A stretch of 63,971 bases of DNA, filler included, from Olpidium bornovanus S191 (Eukaryota; Fungi; Olpidiomycota): NCBI GenBank assembly GCA_017911155.1. It is 31 parts of 31 records of this genome, joined end to end, with 100 filler letters (N's around TTAATTAATTAA, not from the genome) between each part and the next. Parts side by side here need not be neighbours in the genome. Positions count along the whole stretch, not along the records: positions 59,685 to 61,467 come from JAEFCI010011518.1; positions 61,568 to 62,599 come from JAEFCI010013272.1; positions 62,700 to 63,971 come from JAEFCI010008826.1; 28 more parts are not named here. The stretch is one strand, 5' to 3'. The translations under genes and the position numbers were made by a program. Below are positions 59,721 to 63,971 of the stretch, one piece after another. The stretch's first letter is position 1. The number at the start of each line of letters is the position of its first letter. The notes beneath the pieces are model-generated. The model was not told the origin of the DNA. It did not search any database and worked only from the letters and a program-made list of their open reading frames with translations.

Positions 59721-60714
59721 GTGCTGGCGCCGTCGCGAGACACCCGGCTTACAAAAGCACACTCTAGGCCTTCGTTGAGTGAGGAAGATGTGAGCCGCCT
59801 GGTTCAGGCTTACCAGAAAAAAAGAAGAGCGACCCGCGAGCATTTTCCTGGAATCTTTTCGCAAAAGAACTTAGCCGGACTCCGTGCTTATGTGACCGTA
59901 AACCTCGAACGTTACCTGGCGGCGCACCGTCCGGGGCAGGTGGCGGGGCTTAGGCTTTTCATGGTTCGTTGACTGGCGCCGAAAATCTGAGCTCAGGGCC
60001 TCGAATTGGACAACCTCGTTGGAGGTTACCGGAAGGGGTCCTCGGACACGTTGCAGAAGGGGTGGCCAGATTGGCCTTCGGTTTTCATCAGCTTCACGTT
60101 GGATTATTTGACCACGAAAATCAAACGTTCGTTGTCAACCGTGGAGCAGAAGCTTCGCGATTATGTCATGACACACTGGCCCAACATTGTCGCAAGCTTC
60201 CGTGGACAAACTTTGGCCTCCCTAAGGCGGAATATTATGGGATGCGACCATGTACAAAGCGATTTCGCGGCCCCTCATAGACTGATGACGCGAGCCAAAC
60301 CCTCGTTACAACCGTCGAGCAGCAAAAGGAGGAGTTTGGTAGGATTGACTGGTCTAGCATCACCGCAAACTTCCCTGGGAGAAAAACTCCGAGTTCTTAT
60401 AATGCAGAAGTACAAAACGTTGCAAACCTCTCCACCAACGTGTCGCTGTCTCTGATGGACTGAAGACATGAATCAGACGCTCATTGCAGCCGTTGAGCAG
60501 CAGCTGGAGGCGGTAGCACGATACCATGGGCCAGCATTGCAGCTGGCCTCATTGGTCAGACGCCGGCTTCCCTACAGCAGCAGTACAGGAGGTTGCGGGC
60601 CGGCCCATCGACGCATGTCTCCCTACGACTGAAGACAGGGGTCGAAGCCTTATTACAGCCGTTGAAGAGCAGCTCTCAAGTCCCGGCCCCGTCAAAGCGG
60701 GGGCCGGCGGATAA
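59721..60714 (+). pseudogene. Disrupted long ORF with two Myb/SANT-like repeats (probably transposon-derived)
   Basis: One frame from 59721 to about 60630 is interrupted by TGA at 59970, 59988 and 60453. It contains L*WTEDMNQTLIAAVEQQL and a second copy, TTEDRGRSLITAVEEQL, 169 nt downstream. Confidence 0.5.
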
Positions 60715-61567
60715 ACCGGACCTGCCCGGCTTTCGGCATTCGAAACAGGTGTCCCCGGCTGGGACGTGAGAGAGAAGATTAATGGCTCTGGGGCGGCCTC
60801 TGAGCCCCGCCCTCACACCTCTCTTTTCTTGCACGGGAGCTGGTCACGACGTCGGGCAGAAGGCGCCTTTGCGTCGTCGCACGGCCCGGCCCGAAAAATC
60901 GTCGGATCTCCGCAGCCCGGCCGGCAGAAGAAACACCTGACCCTGAGGCGGGCATAAAAAGGACCCCGACGCGCCTAGCCCCTTCCCCCCAACCCCTTTC
61001 CCCCCCTTCTCCTCCTCCCTCCTCTCTCCCGGTTTGCTTATCGAGGAAGTCGGCGAACGTTGGTGATGACCATCAACTGTCCGCGACGCTTCCTCAGGAT
61101 GGCCCTGCCCATAGCGAACAGCGACGCCAAACTCCGCTGTATACCTGAGCACGCATCTAATCAAGCTCATGTTAACTCTCCCCGTGGGGAGGTCTTTGAC
61201 CTACCGATGGAACCGAACGGGCAACCGGAATGCCGCCGTGGCCTCGTTTTTCTCAGGGTTTGTCCCGTCGACCTTCCCGTCCGATAAACGGAGGAGCGGG
61301 TGGTCGCTCGGGCAGTTGGCAAAATAGCTCCCTGCGAGCTCCCCTCATCTTGCATACCTTTAACCTGTCCCAGTAGTTCTCGGCGGACTTTCCGCTGAGA
61401 CGCCCCGCAACGCGCACTAACATTTGCTCGGCAAATCCCCGAACGTGGTCTTTCTGATAGTCATGAANNNNNNNNNNNNNNNNNNNNNNNNNNNNNNNNN
61501 NNNNNNNNNNNTTAATTAATTAANNNNNNNNNNNNNNNNNNNNNNNNNNNNNNNNNNNNNNNNNNNN

Positions 61568-61895
61568 CATGGTGGCGGAGAGGTATCTCCTTGACGAAGA
61601 CCACGACTTCGACCTGAACAGTGACTTCATCGACCTGGAAAGACGTTCCCAGTTGTTGCAGATCTGTTGTTGGAGGGAATGCAAAGCCGCGGATTCGGAG
61701 GACCGGCCACAAAGTTTCCCTGCTGGCTTGGTAAGAGGGTGAATTCTTCGATAATTACCAACAATGGCTGTCGCTGTGCGAAAGATGACGTAGGCCGGCA
61801 AGTCCTTTGGCAGCAGGAGGCATCCGCCGGCATACAGCGTCTACATCGCCCAGAAATGCCACGGGAAGTGCAGCGTGCCGCGGCTGGAAGGATGA
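61568..61895 (+). CDS. C-terminal fragment of a hypothetical protein with a PPxY motif
   Basis: MVAERYLL...QSFPAGL|GTAAG intron|QEHPPAYSVYIAQKCHGKC...*. The splice is inferred. Confidence 0.3.
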
Positions 61896-63259
61896 GACCG
61901 GCGTGCCCTCGGTTTGCCGGCCAGTTTACTGCTGGGTTGGAAGGCAGAAATCGTCCAAGGGGGGGGGGGGGGGCGAGGCGGGGGGGGGGGGGGGGGGGGG
62001 GGTAAAGCTTGCCAAGAAAGGTGTCTGGGGATATTCGGCCCCACTCCTTGTCAAGACGTCTGGATTTTGTTTTGTTGAATCAGGTCTTGGTCCGCAAAAA
62101 AGTTTGGCCTCGAGAGGAAGGCGATTTCAGCAGCCACCACAAGATGTCCCGGGGCGCAGTGAGTTAGCAGAAGAAAGTTGCGAAAGCGGCAGATCCGTGG
62201 CCTTAAACAACAGCACCGTCGTTGCCGCCGGGCCGAAGCGCGCGCCGGGCCTCAACGCGGGGGGCAAGACATTTGGTGGCATCTTTTCGGGGGAACAGTT
62301 TTTTGTCGGAGCCCTTGTGCACTGTCGGGCGATGAGATTGAGCTGCCGTGTGTGGTTGGGCGGGAAAATCCCTACGTTCGTGTGTGTGTGCCTTTCAAAG
62401 GGGGAAAGGGGGGGGGGGGGGGACCAAAAAGAAAGTTACGGGGAAGCTTTTCTGAGTTTGCTGGGCCGTTCGCTCGGTACATGTGTAAAATCCTCTCAAG
62501 TTGTTCCTACGGGGCGGCGCACATCGCTACGCCGTAGGAACAACTTTTGAAGAGGAAAAAAAAAAAAAAAAACACCGTTTGCGAGGCACTTTTCGTGCGN
62601 NNNNNNNNNNNNNNNNNNNNNNNNNNNNNNNNNNNNNNNNNNNTTAATTAATTAANNNNNNNNNNNNNNNNNNNNNNNNNNNNNNNNNNNNNNNNNNNNC
62701 ATGCATGAACGAGGCCCAGACCCCAATTCCGCGGAAAATTGCCCAAGCACGTCGTTGGCCGGAAATGCGGAATGCAGCCGTTTCGAGTGAAAATCGGGGA
62801 ATCAAACATTACGGCATAAGTGAATGACACAGGCCGAAGGGGGCATTAGAGTGTGTGGGAAGTAAGCACAGGCGCGCACGAATACAACAGTCCTCAGGCG
62901 GCGACTCTGGTTACTTGTTCCAACAGCAGTAAAGGCATCTTCGAGGGCAAATCCACCTGTGCAAACAGCAGGTTTGCCTCCCGATCCGGTGGGATTTTGA
63001 TCCGGCCGAAGCGTGGTCGCAGAGTATCCAGTGAATCTGCAATCCCCAACTTGTCTCCCGCTCCAGCCCCGAGCTCTGTAAATCTCGTTTGATCTGCAAA
63101 TCCTGACCCTGATTCCGGCTCCCCGAACCTGAAACCGCAAAATCCTGCGAATCCCGTGAATCTGTAAATCTCGGCTGTCGTGAAAAAAAGAGGAAAAAAA
63201 AGGAAGGAAAAAGGAAGAAAAGCAGCGGATTCTTACAACCCAAATTACTTCTTTTTGCC

Positions 63260-63404
63260 ACAGGAGCCGCTCGCACCTGTGTTGGAACCCGCTGTTGTTC
63301 GGACGCGGGGCCGCCCGAGGGGCACAGAGAAAGACCATAGCACCCGTGGTGAGCCATCCGCCTTTGTGAGGGCAGAGGCCTTGGTTGAAGGCGCAGGGGC
63401 GTAG
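63260..63404 (+). mobile_element. Mutator-like (MULE) transposase C-terminal relic
   Basis: EPAVVRTRGRPRG...STRGEPSAF resembles the AT-hook-like RGRP...STRREPS-F tail of fungal MULE transposases. The upstream sequence is stop-ridden. Confidence 0.45.
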
Positions 63405-63971
63405 ATTCGAGAATCGTAACAATGAGTATGTTGCGACATGGGCAGCCGGGCAGTTGGAGGCTGGCAGTCCGCCGGTCGACGGTGGACCGGCCGACAGGCG
63501 GTTGACGGCAGACTTGGCGTCCGTCGGCTTTTGGTGGTCGTGTTGGTGTTGTCTCCCTGCTCGCACACCGAGTGGGTTGACATGGGGGGGGGCGGTGGGC
63601 GGGGGAAGGGGGTGACGAGAAAGCAAGGGGGTTCCAGGGGAGGACAGAGCACTTCGCCCGCCGATTGTTACCCCTTGTTGTGAACCGAAAGAGTGCGCTC
63701 TACGGGCACGTGATCAAAGATGCCAAAGACCGGGAGGGGAGCTCCGGTGGGCTTCTCCCTCCCGCCGTCCAAACAGCAAACAAAGGAGAGAAGAGAGGAA
63801 GACGCAAAGAAGAATCTTTTGCAACACGTTATCAGCACCATTGCCGGCGCCTGCATCATTGCCAAGCGCCCATAGCTTTGCCCGCTCTCCCGCTTTGTCG
63901 CTCTTCTCCCTGCGCTGCCTGCTCGCTGTGCCCGCGCGCCACCGGGAAGCGCCAGCCGCCGCTCCGCCTTC

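Larger units (their letters stand above)
2468..62699. other. 30 artificial 100-nt contig spacers (N44-TTAATTAATTAA-N44); window is a concatenation of 31 contigs
   Basis: Identical spacer at 2468, 3957, 5514, 6769, 8966, 10544, 14056, 15334, 19986, 21183, 24878, 26568, 28123, 30060, 31953, 34211, 38103, 39459, 43876, 45314, 46450, 49459, 51417, 52590, 53833, 55359, 57383, 59585, 61468 and 62600. The core places stop codons in all six frames, and genes are cut off at the spacers. Confidence 0.98.

Noticed and set aside
2468-62699. Regularly repeated TTAATTAATTAA flanked by N runs, superficially like a repeat-spacer array
   Set aside because: Identical 100-nt artificial joins that place stops in all frames. 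Not CRISPR and not biological.
1-63971. tRNA, rRNA or snRNA genes
   Set aside because: No convincing cloverleaf, A/B-box pair or rRNA-like sequence was seen by eye. tRNAscan-SE/Infernal would be needed to exclude them.

Overview
This is eukaryotic, GC-rich, intron-containing fungal DNA, and it is not contiguous. It consists of 31 short contigs (about 1-4.5 kb) joined by 30 identical artificial spacers (N44-TTAATTAATTAA-N44), so adjacency across spacers means nothing and most genes are partial. Fungal markers (DEK-C-bearing class V/VII chitin synthase, Rom2-type DEP domain, Spo71-like PH protein, Emw1/TTC27) occur together with genes typical of flagellated lineages (a Tubby protein, an Epac2/CNBD-like cyclic-nucleotide-binding protein, a possible CCDC77-like coiled coil). 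This points to a zoosporic, early-diverging fungus (inference). Recognisable host genes, most reconstructed by splicing by eye: SLX1, chitin synthase, ALG1, POL2, an alpha-arrestin, an HP1/Swi6-like protein, VPS2/DID4, a LanC-like protein, a LIM protein, TTC27/EMW1, STRAP, and a candidate SHOC1/Zip2 meiotic factor. Mobile DNA includes a pogo/CENP-B pseudogene, a chromovirus integrase-chromodomain relic, a MULE-like tail and a Myb-repeat pseudogene. The standout is a Ty3/Gypsy pol segment (57483-59584, minus strand) in which a DIRS/phage-type N6-adenine DNA methyltransferase domain (IDLFA...NPPF) sits between the Gypsy RNase H and the DDE integrase, in frame with the pre-integrase segment. Other leads are an intronless orphan ORF faintly resembling a partitivirus capsid, a consistent CGA>TGA (CpG) decay signature in repeats, and atypical 3' splice sites. 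All protein identifications come from motif recognition from memory; no database search was run.
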